The translations under genes and the position numbers were made by a program. From positions 11,142 to 75,141 of the IMG/VR virus record IMGVR_UViG_3300020377_000001: a stretch of 64,000 bases of DNA; one strand, given 5' to 3'. Shown in pieces: positions 48,901 to 55,931 of this stretch. The notes under the pieces were generated by a model. The model did not search any database, was not told the origin of the DNA, and saw nothing but the letters and a program-made list of their open reading frames with translations. The stretch is from a virus. Numbering within the stretch: the first letter of the stretch is position 1; every line of letters begins with the position of its first letter.

Positions 48901-49637
48901 GGGTTGGCTTCAGGTACATGAAGATCACCATCAACGGGTGCTCTAGGCTGGTGCAGGAGGAGTCGCATTCATCTTTGGGTAGGATTGTTTTGGGCGAAGT
49001 CAAGAATCTTGCTGCTCCTGACTTTGAGTGGGGGTGGTCTAGGTCTGAAATGTCGGGAACAAACCTAACTACATACAGTGGTGGTCAAAGGGTCGCGAAA
49101 AAGCTTCATGAGCCAAGAAGAAAGTTTCAGGTTTCCCATGCTCCCCTGATGCCGAAAGACAGATATAATGTTGGAGATCGTAGTCCATGGGAGTCGGTTT
49201 CTCGAGGACCCAATCATGTAAGTGTGGATGCGGAGGGGTATAGACATACCAAGAGGACTTGGCAGGAGATCTTGGATCTGTTTAGGAAGATGGGGATGGG
49301 GTCTGTTCAGGCGGCATTGATATTCGATGATGCTTCAAACGCTCTAACGTGCTCAGTTGAGGGTCATGCTTATGAGAGTCATAGTGGGTATTCAGAGTCT
49401 AGCAGCCATCACATTTCAACCGTGACTGTGCCGTCTGACCCTCAGTCTCTTATGCTGGTAAGGCTGGTTTCCGTAGGCGAACTAGGGCACGAGGGGTATG
49501 TTTGTAAGGATGTTCTGGTCCAAAAGGAGTCATCCATATCAGACTTGCCGCTGCCTGCAAGCCCGTTTGGTTCAGTTGTTTCTCGTCCGGCTCCAGTATT
49601 CAGTATTGCGTCAATCACTTTTGAGGAGGATCTGTAG
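39942..49637 (+). CDS. Giant virion tail protein (3231 aa) with Asp-box and DUF2793-like repeats
   Basis: Follows TMP; STDNGMSW, STDDLGFTF; GDLFLVKPNATGVFLGKDNNIA-type repeats; S/T/G-rich. Confidence 0.75.
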   Translation: MKYSRRILIIPDADITPDVVKSASVVSDAGGSSVLADAQKKRSVSQPIRGARYRHYQRENIIDNVAAGRARSVTMVLNRLGDSAGSSDTKLFRDDSIQQYVSRPREAHQFDPSTAFGARGEGELVPRTSGEPSADFKGNAFITSSGGVGGARFSWNTASESRGGHKVPGDTQFRQSPNVFGKYASVLHTTEGSSSPGGANLTSDSSFSSADPNCRYLCRPKAVELENGEILCFYLSTSLPPHHWQLSSNRSLTENTVSTKSPALKCKAFVQRRNSDGVWQPPIELTNDSQYPGLLLSSHDEYSTEEIAFIDAVIEPVTGDVICFIGKNTPEVQSEDLFVRSVYNGSHNSDASISVSSFGSAKVARSRSIVTITSTDNGMSWQKRSESSMESDGAGVGTSAVTSGVPGMPSSDIGLILGGSCEIMDSGRIVLSLVTGEAVYLVSTDDLGFTFRCSLAREIAVGSDGMSAEGISARPPEEGLKDGDTYIVDSVEMKSIHGIFNTNPAPRGVFQNFNMTSPDGRHFYAGDNVSPLGWDLVVEEMRNEPPTLEEIEANPGAIGKLRNAIYSKVYAIGDNPTGAWSEFAGCFTICCFNNADTTSFDNGRVSFGFCEYLGVSLGTTFGSGGNVTVNRIANGGWHRAIPISVSSPNGDSDTDFPAAQAQPWDCTVDAGFSTDGLPWRWFIVRPGGGFAFRRDAADTSFGTTAIDDRTGFATPTPGRYFFVKNGKYAGRRIFIEGEAERDESLEEVREVPTQLTAGERYLVGPFGSGDFGNKFGAIAQYDGSSWSYSINNTRFTPDGYGIVIVGNSPFDTDDFATRENQIALLATGFTRDATIDDLGGVQLMETCVGSWSRFSDPVDGQVIVVSNVQGQPEPAMGSTNSYRDPSESRTRAQASEVASTIPMVCVDGVWVEDDTLGEFAARGGEIAVYDESASKFVFEKPLEGQFVRIKGEGLYKYDAGRNVWNLVENEESDVDLALSRRTKCRETIANTSMTKSDSGQVFFAVSFTDFNDTSPINSMTNIYIQDELLGTDISSRNITGDATFVYPFYMEDPREISVEYASRRLEVFETTDGESCVLVDGWVNSVNVEDRMAYASNKAGYDGELRYNVRYGSVVGVDEELPYGPCVIEPCIVIRPDGFLQIYGASHNWLPPQYEGLQNDTNLNSGYISSVSGTKGGSGFESMHAAVINGIASATIDVSSSVGSMHPSVNSVTEKNAVATDLEYRDDQFASAAIAISENGLKEDDSVSGSNSDSLTNNHLRIKSHMRRFDSRRATAAFMCSPISSGLGKGLISPGKITIRGANAISYRLSFMWGLFPETVSSYRTASVTPSHYGAATTCVAHSRTEKLSSDVLGGIDFVVRDRVTSPPNKISVGDLFLVKPNATGVFLGKDNNIACYEVKSDGTLGWTFRDRFSSDQKLIISGAPFGLNNQHAVFKSTITSASSGANISSWVLTSTYALYDLEGGVYNNVQIQHDGFSQEVYWYADGAGRATQLPASQFAGFIGGYSGLDAISTGNEMLVVSSKIYQQSLGNATPMRIRIRPQLGETIPSAFCSVLVSSSVGGEEVLVYLNGKFLFSGVTRAGVFNPHTTGIHVDVNDTSSVCPVSLTGIESGLEVFLRSGTSGVVPSSATGDSFVSGEVEVIKYFGGVRRFSRPLSGYDQVDELGSPFPMRMADSSSITSNRSFYWHPIRENLGRTDAASSVGGHCHWEETVMSDGKYINHPSIEQASPDILDAYQRRFRLIGGRYYALNFFGDSSPTSAGFDVIKGKDGSSHSGGISIVDAGNPFGDDMVDLFQSNVSQSRPQLSGGSDFTISDIKQSNRFAIEAPSGANETDVKTFDTFSVGGTVRTITVGPTHNQAIVPGTISSIVIVEVTSSSPYFAGYALDGTSSRVQITGILKSSAVNAGVLASQIKRRDALRLTETGPLFEIAEAFAFGDSVFSLIVDKAYVALSLGGVTSQALAPNVLNLTTTPSDVDPIHVLPTMEVDYGNTPSISLTNHDITVPIESAEVAPTFGSYTALSGFTIDPNGRTNLNSSTTTEIHYSAAPASTTLPSLGVIKITGTNVTTQGGSTVTKTRSVAYRLADNQQELSTSGGVIELVADDPFVQTESSEQVPMDDGSVNLLPNTLLYFDSNNDGSSDITTVEFASLTLEASGTLLSAGRIAVDASSLTVSSAIVGYYIVPRLPSGTSSNRFYKITAISSSFTNSIVVSLTSTNGDLLTSEQKGFSFDLYKTTTVNEISKLSSANGGALLFTKTGSYSTVSVGLRKNGDGGQHGTRLPFPKGYGCSPVHSNLAKTHHADPFAGGFRAIFAPYHGVGDVFDSSTSGIDDKIFFSLMLQGSGWDIPNSCGVILKAMVDETTPNNKVILELIDGVQLFDLSALEEPTVLGRVEIDFSPASTDSDTRPLDLKFVEVLVGMESAINVSDPSGQPQASIVHAFARAVSPSGDSHGSFHTICNYKRLQHGPTFSRKLIADRQSQDIDAGMEHFLFGVSHHGLSSLSTDTSVTTNLGMAVKQVSVHRPGSRISGSGLTAINCDLDRRVETITGPIYDKRAYGTQFTEIDGIQVTTGSDPNFSVGDIFTRGENLSLQACGINPTSLTEDGDSCVDLMGLPFFDGSFGTRLSLVDAGVVNPNRTGKCSPFDQEIASGINISWSGSTASKSCYSIETYYHYAFSNSFEQNLSKVWMTGTPPENTDMQAKFKSGKESTGRSYRSRSPVYTVPSIEVVLDSQGDSGDAASGDLVMDVEHQIRSRKNFVPDGIAVFGRNWPSCKIEFCDSEEFSDSSSSYRCYKIGQPGDSWALSPASNSLSDDPERYTHLWAWTNRTDERPSPNRSPVADPSSGAHVKFGDRTFSYMVDSSSFLASAPKAAWHPHQFRSAGTSGNYYLQVIGRRLSTGPNAGTSNRFVFKIIDNTEYTLILDSNPLKVFDESPSTDATSGVSSSMPWHTVSIYSDRFAMQLYNWNNSTAAQSAAQGKTTSQSHHLPGVGFRYMKITINGCSRLVQEESHSSLGRIVLGEVKNLAAPDFEWGWSRSEMSGTNLTTYSGGQRVAKKLHEPRRKFQVSHAPLMPKDRYNVGDRSPWESVSRGPNHVSVDAEGYRHTKRTWQEILDLFRKMGMGSVQAALIFDDASNALTCSVEGHAYESHSGYSESSSHHISTVTVPSDPQSLMLVRLVSVGELGHEGYVCKDVLVQKESSISDLPLPASPFGSVVSRPAPVFSIASITFEEDL

Positions 49638-50095
49638 TGTCAAGTTGGCTGCAGTCTATTAAGGGTGGCGTAAAGTCTCCCTCATCCAAGGGTTCCTCTG
49701 GAAGGTCTTGGGCAAGGTCTCTATTGAGGAGTCCAAGATCTACATCTGCTGTCGTTTTAGCGAATTTTAGGGATACTGACTCAGGCTCAGAAGTCGCGAA
49801 AATAACTGTAAATCTAACAGCTTCCCAGTCTCCCTATAGTGTTCCAGAGTTTCAGGACATGCTGATATCCGTGGACTCAACTGCGGGGGCGATTACAATT
49901 AACTTGCCGGCGATCGGTACGGTTGCGGCAGGGTCTCAGGTCTTCATAAAGGACGCAGTTGGGCAATCACCTGCGAACGCAATCACCGTTGTTCCTGACA
50001 GTGGAACAATCGAAGGCTTATCCTCTGTCGTCATCGACAACCCCTTCGCAGGACTGTTTATTTATTCTGATGGGAGCAGGTGGCTCTCTAACTAA
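49637..50095 (+). CDS. Small tail fibre-associated protein
   Basis: VDSTAGAITINLPA...VFIKDAVG...NAITV...YSDGSRW. Confidence 0.6.
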   Translation: MSSWLQSIKGGVKSPSSKGSSGRSWARSLLRSPRSTSAVVLANFRDTDSGSEVAKITVNLTASQSPYSVPEFQDMLISVDSTAGAITINLPAIGTVAAGSQVFIKDAVGQSPANAITVVPDSGTIEGLSSVVIDNPFAGLFIYSDGSRWLSN

Positions 50096-50143
50096 ACCTG
50101 CCCTGAGGACAACCCTTAGGGCCCAAGCCTTAAGGAGAGAAAT

Positions 50144-53100
50144 ATGGCCCAAGGGTTATTTCTTCACAAGTATGATACAAAAGCCAAGTTGTACAGTGTT
50201 ACAGAATCTGGCGGGTTAACGAACGACGACAACAAGATTGCCAATGAAGCCAGAGTAAAGGCTCTGGCTTTAGTAAAGGCGAGCAACCTGTCTGACCTGG
50301 CTGACGCAGCCACCGCCAGAACAAATCTTGGTGTTGCCATCGGCAGTGATGTTCAGGCGCATGATGCGGAACTTGACGCTCTTGCAGCACTGACAAGTGC
50401 GGCTGACAAGGGTATTCAGTTTACTGGGTCCGGCAGTGCCGCAACTTACGATCTTACCGCTGCTGGTAAGGCGCTTCTTGACGATGCCGATGCGGCTGCT
50501 CAGCGTGTTACGATGGGTGTTGAGATCGGTGTTGATGTTCAGGCATATGATGCACAGCTCGCTGACATCGCGGGGCTTTCTCCAACAGACTCCAACTTTA
50601 TTGTCGGCGATGGTTCAAACTTCGTTCTAGAGTCAGGCGCCACAGCACGAAGCTCTCTAGGCTTGGGCTCAATGGCTACGCAAAACAGTGGCAGTGTTTC
50701 TATTTCAGGTGGTGCCATCGCCGGGATTACAGACCTCGCGGTTGCAGACGGTGGTACAGGCGCAAGCTCTGCAGCGGACGCCAGAACCAATTTAGGTCTC
50801 GCCATCGGATCTGACGTTCAGGCGTATGACGCTCAACTTGCTGACATCGCAGCGCTCACGCCAACTGACGGACACATCATCGTTGGTGACGGAAGCAACT
50901 TTGTCCAAGAGAGTGGTGCTACGGCAAGAGCTTCGCTTGGTTTAACAATTGGCACTGACGTTCAAGCGTTCGACGACCAATTGGCTGATATTGCCGCACT
51001 AAGTCTTTCTGACGGAGACTTCTTGGTCGGCGACGGCAGCGGAGCAATCGTCGCAGAGAGTGGCGCCACAGTAAGAACCTCTTTGGGTCTTGGCACTGGC
51101 GATAGCCCAGCCTTCACGAGCATTTCTCTTTCTGGTCAGTCTGCCGCCTTGGCGATGAACTCCCAGAAGATCACTGGTCTCGCAGACCCAACTGCAGACC
51201 AAGATGCTGCGACGAAGGCTTACGTTGACTCCACCAAGGCCGGTCTCGATGTTAAGGAGTCTGTGCGAGTTGCTTCGACGGCACACATTTCCGCGTCTTA
51301 CAATTCTAGCGCGAAGACACTCACCGCTTCATCTGCTGGCGTTTTCTCTGTCGATGGCGTCGAGACCGCCCTCAACGACCGCATCTTGGTGAAGGACCAG
51401 AGCACGGGATCCAACAACGGCATCTACAAGGTGACCACTGCTGGTGCTGCTGGTTCAGGGACGGGACCTAATACCAGTTCGGCTTTCACCGACGGTGATT
51501 ATCAGTACAACTCGTTTGTAAGCACCAATATCAGCACGACGAACTTTAACACGTCGGCCGGTTTCGACGCGAGTACCACGTCTTTGACTTGGTCGAGCTA
51601 TTCGGGCGCGAGTTTTCAGATCGACCACAGGTCGATTATCGTTATCAAGTCCGGTGGCGGCAACGTCGCGTACCGCATGACGGCGGACCCAGCGGGGTTC
51701 TCCTTTAGCGGTGGATCAGCTGCGACCCTACCTCTCGACGGCAAGGGGCTGGTCGCTTCGCACTCTACGACATCGGCAATCAGCATCGGTGCTTATATTT
51801 CTGGCATTGATGTATACGAGCCGAAGAGCGCAGGCCCAGAGTTTTCCCTCGACGACGTTTTGACTGGAACGCTTGACCAAAATACGACGAGCATTAGCAT
51901 CAAGACGTCGAGCTCTCCAATCTCATATTCGGGATGGGAAGGCGGCACTTTGAGCGCACCCTTCTATATCGAGGTCGCGGACTCCTCCAGCAATAAATGG
52001 TACTGGAAAGTTACTGCCGACGTTAATAACTTCGACACTTCAATTACTGTTGAATTTGACGAAGACGATTCACACAACGCGACTCCGTCCTTCAACCTTG
52101 GATCGGACTTTGGTTCGGCTCACAGTGCTGGGGACATTGACTTCTTCGCCTCTGGTTCTGGTGGATCTCCCGTGGCTGCGGTATTGACTCGTGCTGATGA
52201 CTTTGATAGCAGCGACAAGATCACGGCAGGTGCTTTTACCTTCGTCGCAGAAGGCACCAGCAACTCTGACGCTGGGTTTGTATTAACAACCAACGATGCA
52301 ATCACCCTAGACAGCACAGCCCTGTCTTTCACGCAGTTCTCTGGCGCAGGTCAACTTACTGCTGGTGACGGTATTCAGAAGAGCGGCAACACCATCTCCG
52401 CAGACCTTAAGGCTAACGGTGGTGTTGTAATTGAGTCTTCAGAGCTTGCTGTTGACCTTGGTGCTAGTTCAATCACAGGTACTCTTGCAGTTGGCGATGG
52501 TGGTACTGGTGCCACAAGCGCATCTGCTGCACGCACCGCCCTCGGTCTTGCCATTGGTAGTGACGTTCAGGCTTACGATGCACAACTTGCAGATATCGCT
52601 GCTCTGAGCCCAACTGATGCTAACTTCATTGTTGGCGATGGCAGCAATTTTGTTTTGGAGTCTGGCGCAACAGCTCGTTCGTCTCTCGGTCTTGTTATCG
52701 GAACTGACGTTCAGGCTTATGATGCTCAGTTAGCAGACGTGGCCGGGCTAACTCCAGCAGATGGCGCGTTCATCGTTGGTGATGGCAGCAACTTTGTTGC
52801 AGAGTCTGGTTCTGACGCGAGAGCATCTCTTGGTCTTAATAAGGGCAAGGCTTCAGACATGGGTGTTGATCTGAGCGGCAGCGGTGCCATTCAGACCGTT
52901 ACAAGCAGCAACCCCGCATCTCCAGCTAACTTCGCGGCGTTGCAACCTCAATATGTTTTCGACATGTCTGGTGCTGGCGCTGCTAGAACATTTAACCTTC
53001 CGACTTCGGTTGGTGCGACTGCTGGAGCAATCGTAGGAATCAAGATCAAGGGCGACATGGGGTCAGGCGCGAGCTTGGTCATTGCGGCGCCAACTGCTAG

Positions 53101-53248
53101 TGGCGGTGGTCAAGAGCAGATTGAGAATGCGTCTGGTAAAGGCGCATCTTTGACTCTTGATGGTTCCTATCAGGCTGTGAAACTGATGCTTGTTGAAGCA
53201 CACGATAACAGCAGCAGCGCAGTACACTGCTGGTCAGTAATCGACTAA
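50144..53248 (+). CDS. Tail fibre protein with DVQA repeats
   Basis: Six LG-x-x-IG-x-DVQA-x-D repeats; ITGLADPTADQDAATKAYVD; DRILVKDQ...NGIY...LTRA domain. Confidence 0.85.
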   Translation: MAQGLFLHKYDTKAKLYSVTESGGLTNDDNKIANEARVKALALVKASNLSDLADAATARTNLGVAIGSDVQAHDAELDALAALTSAADKGIQFTGSGSAATYDLTAAGKALLDDADAAAQRVTMGVEIGVDVQAYDAQLADIAGLSPTDSNFIVGDGSNFVLESGATARSSLGLGSMATQNSGSVSISGGAIAGITDLAVADGGTGASSAADARTNLGLAIGSDVQAYDAQLADIAALTPTDGHIIVGDGSNFVQESGATARASLGLTIGTDVQAFDDQLADIAALSLSDGDFLVGDGSGAIVAESGATVRTSLGLGTGDSPAFTSISLSGQSAALAMNSQKITGLADPTADQDAATKAYVDSTKAGLDVKESVRVASTAHISASYNSSAKTLTASSAGVFSVDGVETALNDRILVKDQSTGSNNGIYKVTTAGAAGSGTGPNTSSAFTDGDYQYNSFVSTNISTTNFNTSAGFDASTTSLTWSSYSGASFQIDHRSIIVIKSGGGNVAYRMTADPAGFSFSGGSAATLPLDGKGLVASHSTTSAISIGAYISGIDVYEPKSAGPEFSLDDVLTGTLDQNTTSISIKTSSSPISYSGWEGGTLSAPFYIEVADSSSNKWYWKVTADVNNFDTSITVEFDEDDSHNATPSFNLGSDFGSAHSAGDIDFFASGSGGSPVAAVLTRADDFDSSDKITAGAFTFVAEGTSNSDAGFVLTTNDAITLDSTALSFTQFSGAGQLTAGDGIQKSGNTISADLKANGGVVIESSELAVDLGASSITGTLAVGDGGTGATSASAARTALGLAIGSDVQAYDAQLADIAALSPTDANFIVGDGSNFVLESGATARSSLGLVIGTDVQAYDAQLADVAGLTPADGAFIVGDGSNFVAESGSDARASLGLNKGKASDMGVDLSGSGAIQTVTSSNPASPANFAALQPQYVFDMSGAGAARTFNLPTSVGATAGAIVGIKIKGDMGSGASLVIAAPTASGGGQEQIENASGKGASLTLDGSYQAVKLMLVEAHDNSSSAVHCWSVID

Positions 53249-53258
53249 GGAAAGGAGA

Positions 53259-53304
53259 AGGCGCCCGCCCTCATGGACGAGGGCGGGGCTGCCTCGTTTT
53301 TTTT
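53259..53304 (+). terminator. Intrinsic terminator
   Basis: CCCGCCCTC-ATGGAC-GAGGGCGGG with extended stem, then T8. Confidence 0.75.
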
Positions 53305-53607
53305 ATGGATGCACTTTCTACAGCATTGCTAGATTTCGGCGCACTCGGCGTGATGGCCGCTGCGTTTTTCTACATGAACCAACAGCTTCAAAAGAGGCTT
53401 GACGGATTGTTGGAAAAATTTACGGACCAACTGCATAAGCAGGAACTGGAGCACCAAAAGGCAGAAGAGGGCATTCGGGATCGATACGATAAGGTCGTCA
53501 AAAGGTATGACGAGCGAATCGAAAAGGTCTACGAGCATATTGTGGAGAGCCTTAGGGAGCAATCAGCAACGCTTGCTGCGATTCGGGATCTGATAAACAA
53601 AAACTAG
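53305..53607 (+). CDS. Holin-like protein (BhlA/UviB-like)
   Basis: Single N-terminal TM (DFGALGVMAAAFFY) plus charged coiled coil. Confidence 0.5.
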   Translation: MDALSTALLDFGALGVMAAAFFYMNQQLQKRLDGLLEKFTDQLHKQELEHQKAEEGIRDRYDKVVKRYDERIEKVYEHIVESLREQSATLAAIRDLINKN

Positions 53608-53670
53608 CCCGCCAAACATCTTCCATATTACATCCCACTCGACTACACTCTCCCTGTTTCGGAGGGTTTT

Positions 53671-54051
53671 ATGAAAAAGAAGTCGCCCAAAAACAAGATT
53701 GATCCAAACGGATGGCGTAGGTACACCATAGTCCTTCCTCCAGACTTCGTTAAGGGGTTGTCCAGAGCAAGAGACTTGAATGGAAATGTCCTATCGCTTC
53801 CAATTGCAAGGGGGAACGCAATAATCAACAGGCTTGCCAAGTCTCTAAGTGTTGCGAGAGGACTATCCGAGACGGTAACCAAGTACCAGAAGATCTTGAC
53901 CGTGCTTCAGGACAAGGTGAATACATACGAAAGACTTTTGAGGGAGAATGACATTGAGTTTGAAGAAGAGTCCACTGAAGAACAGGAAGAAGGCGAAATT
54001 AAAGGTCACGGAGCCTCTGCAGACGGCACAGATTCGTCTAACGAAGACTAG
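53671..54051 (+). CDS. Hypothetical protein with acidic tail
   Basis: RBS GGAGG. Confidence 0.55.
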   Translation: MKKKSPKNKIDPNGWRRYTIVLPPDFVKGLSRARDLNGNVLSLPIARGNAIINRLAKSLSVARGLSETVTKYQKILTVLQDKVNTYERLLRENDIEFEEESTEEQEEGEIKGHGASADGTDSSNED

Positions 54052-54412
54052 CCTAGAAAGGCTCGATAATCTCGCCTCGGATTGCGCTGGTGAGACCGTT
54101 GCTGAGAGGCGAGGGGTTGCTCTGCTCTCATTCCTCACTCAAGGGTCAGCAGACGGTGTTGTGGTTGAACTAAACGAAAAGCTAACAAAGGCAATTTCAA
54201 CCCTTCAGGGCACCACAGAGAGCCTGCTGAAAGTATCTGCTGAAAAGAAAGCCCTGCAGGCTCAAAACGAGATCCTGAAGGGAACAATTAAAGAGGCGAA
54301 CAAGGACATTCAGGATGCGTCAGATGTTGCCGACTCTCGAAATGCTGTCATCAAGGCGTATCAATCAACTCTTGAGAGCATGATTGTGGTGATGAAGGAA
54401 CTTACTTCCTAA
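53948..54412 (+). CDS. Hypothetical coiled-coil protein
   Basis: Overlaps previous ORF; start uncertain. Confidence 0.5.
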   Translation: MTLSLKKSPLKNRKKAKLKVTEPLQTAQIRLTKTSLERLDNLASDCAGETVAERRGVALLSFLTQGSADGVVVELNEKLTKAISTLQGTTESLLKVSAEKKALQAQNEILKGTIKEANKDIQDASDVADSRNAVIKAYQSTLESMIVVMKELTS

Positions 54413-54470
54413 ATCCTGCCTCGATTCCAAACTCACAATACAATATATTTATTATATCAGTGAGGGTGTT

Positions 54471-55613
54471 ATGAGAAAGCTTCCGTATTATGTAATATCT
54501 GCCTTAAAGAAGGGGCTCGAGCTCCACTCTAAGGGGTTGTCTGGGGACGGCCTCCGTCCGTCTACCGTTTCTGCAGCCAGACGGGCTGTAAACTCGGGCT
54601 CTTGGTCAGATGAGAAGATTAAGAAAGCCTCCGCTTGGCTCGCAAGGCACAGGTTCGATAGATCTAGGATGAAGTCTCCCGCGAAATGGGATGACCCACC
54701 AAAGTATTCCCCAGCGTATGTTGCGTGGCTGTTGTGGGGCGACAGTGGCAACGGTAAAGGTAAGAGGTGGATCGACAAGGCCGCAAATAAAATTGACGCC
54801 AAAGAGAATATGGGTGCGAGAACTCCTGCGCCTCCAAGCGACAGGATAAAAGGCGGCAGGAATACTGGTCGAGCAGGCACCTCTGGGAAGGGGATTCGCC
54901 TGTCTGCTTCAACGGTGAAGGCAATCCAGAACAAAGTTGACGGTCACAACGAAAAGCATGGAAAAGACAAAAGAAAGAGGGTGACACCCTCGATGCTGAA
55001 AAAAGTGTATTTGCGTGGAGCTGGAGCGTTTAGCACCAGCCATAGACCCAATGTTACGTCGAGGGCTCAGTGGGCGATGGCTCGAGTGAATGCCTTTTTA
55101 TACTTGCTGGCCAACCTTAAGCCAAAGAGGTCCGCATATGTTACAGACAACGATCTGCTGCCCAAGTCTCACCCCAAAAAAAGCTCCAGATACAAGGAGG
55201 GTGTTGAGAGCCCGAATGCTGATCAAAGAAAGGATCTTCCATCCGCCGCATATCAACCAACAGCCTTCTTCGACGAAGACGACAATTTTCTATCAAGCAA
55301 GTCAAAGCTTCCACACCATGTAAAGTCTGCGAAAGATCCAGACGAACACGACAGTGTTGATATACCTCGACTTAGAAACGCTCTGGCAAGGTTCGGGCAG
55401 ACTGACTTCTCTGGCTTTCCTGATGGGACAAAAACAAGGTCTCGAGCTCACCTTGAGAGGCATGCGGACGCGCTGCTGTCATCGAGAAGGTACGAGGGGG
55501 AGAAAAAAGATCCACAATTCGAACGCCAGATAGAACTTTTATCCATGGATATGGTTGACTTCCGAAACGGCAAGTACTCCCTCATAGCGGAGAGGATTCA
55601 GAATGAGACCTGA
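54471..55613 (+). CDS. Basic multi-domain head-associated protein
   Basis: YVAWLLWG...W; VYLRGAGAF...WAMARVNAF; KLPHH...RNALAR; precedes the protease gene. Confidence 0.6.
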   Translation: MRKLPYYVISALKKGLELHSKGLSGDGLRPSTVSAARRAVNSGSWSDEKIKKASAWLARHRFDRSRMKSPAKWDDPPKYSPAYVAWLLWGDSGNGKGKRWIDKAANKIDAKENMGARTPAPPSDRIKGGRNTGRAGTSGKGIRLSASTVKAIQNKVDGHNEKHGKDKRKRVTPSMLKKVYLRGAGAFSTSHRPNVTSRAQWAMARVNAFLYLLANLKPKRSAYVTDNDLLPKSHPKKSSRYKEGVESPNADQRKDLPSAAYQPTAFFDEDDNFLSSKSKLPHHVKSAKDPDEHDSVDIPRLRNALARFGQTDFSGFPDGTKTRSRAHLERHADALLSSRRYEGEKKDPQFERQIELLSMDMVDFRNGKYSLIAERIQNET

Positions 55614-55872
55614 GACCCCGTTTGTCTTCAAGGGAGTTAGTCTATACTCGGAAGAAAGACGTATGCTAGACACTCTCATATCTGCAATATATAAAGTATA
55701 TCGCGGGTCTAACCCCGATGTCGTGCTAAAGAGTGCCCTAGAGTCATTTGAGCAGATGATGCATGTGAGGAATGGTCGATGGGTACGCAAACGATCCTTT
55801 CAAATTGGGCATGACGGTAAGGGTCTGGACATCGTGCCTTCAGCCATATCGCTCAGTATCCGTGACGAGTAG
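55603..55872 (+). CDS. Hypothetical protein
   Basis: RBS GGAGAGG; coupled. Confidence 0.5.
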   Translation: MRPETPFVFKGVSLYSEERRMLDTLISAIYKVYRGSNPDVVLKSALESFEQMMHVRNGRWVRKRSFQIGHDGKGLDIVPSAISLSIRDE

Positions 55873-55931
55873 TAAGTATTCGATTATATTATTGTTTGAG
55901 TTCTCAAACATAGATGTGAGATAAATATACC

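Noticed and set aside
33593-52332. Many antisense ORFs within TMP, giant tail protein and fibre
   Set aside because: Shadow frames of long genes with no motifs
50144-53248. Diversity-generating retroelement target
   Set aside because: Repeats differ mainly at synonymous positions, not specifically adenines; no reverse transcriptase in the window
53671-54412. Overlapping spanin pair after the holin-like gene
   Set aside because: Neither ORF has a TM anchor or lipobox
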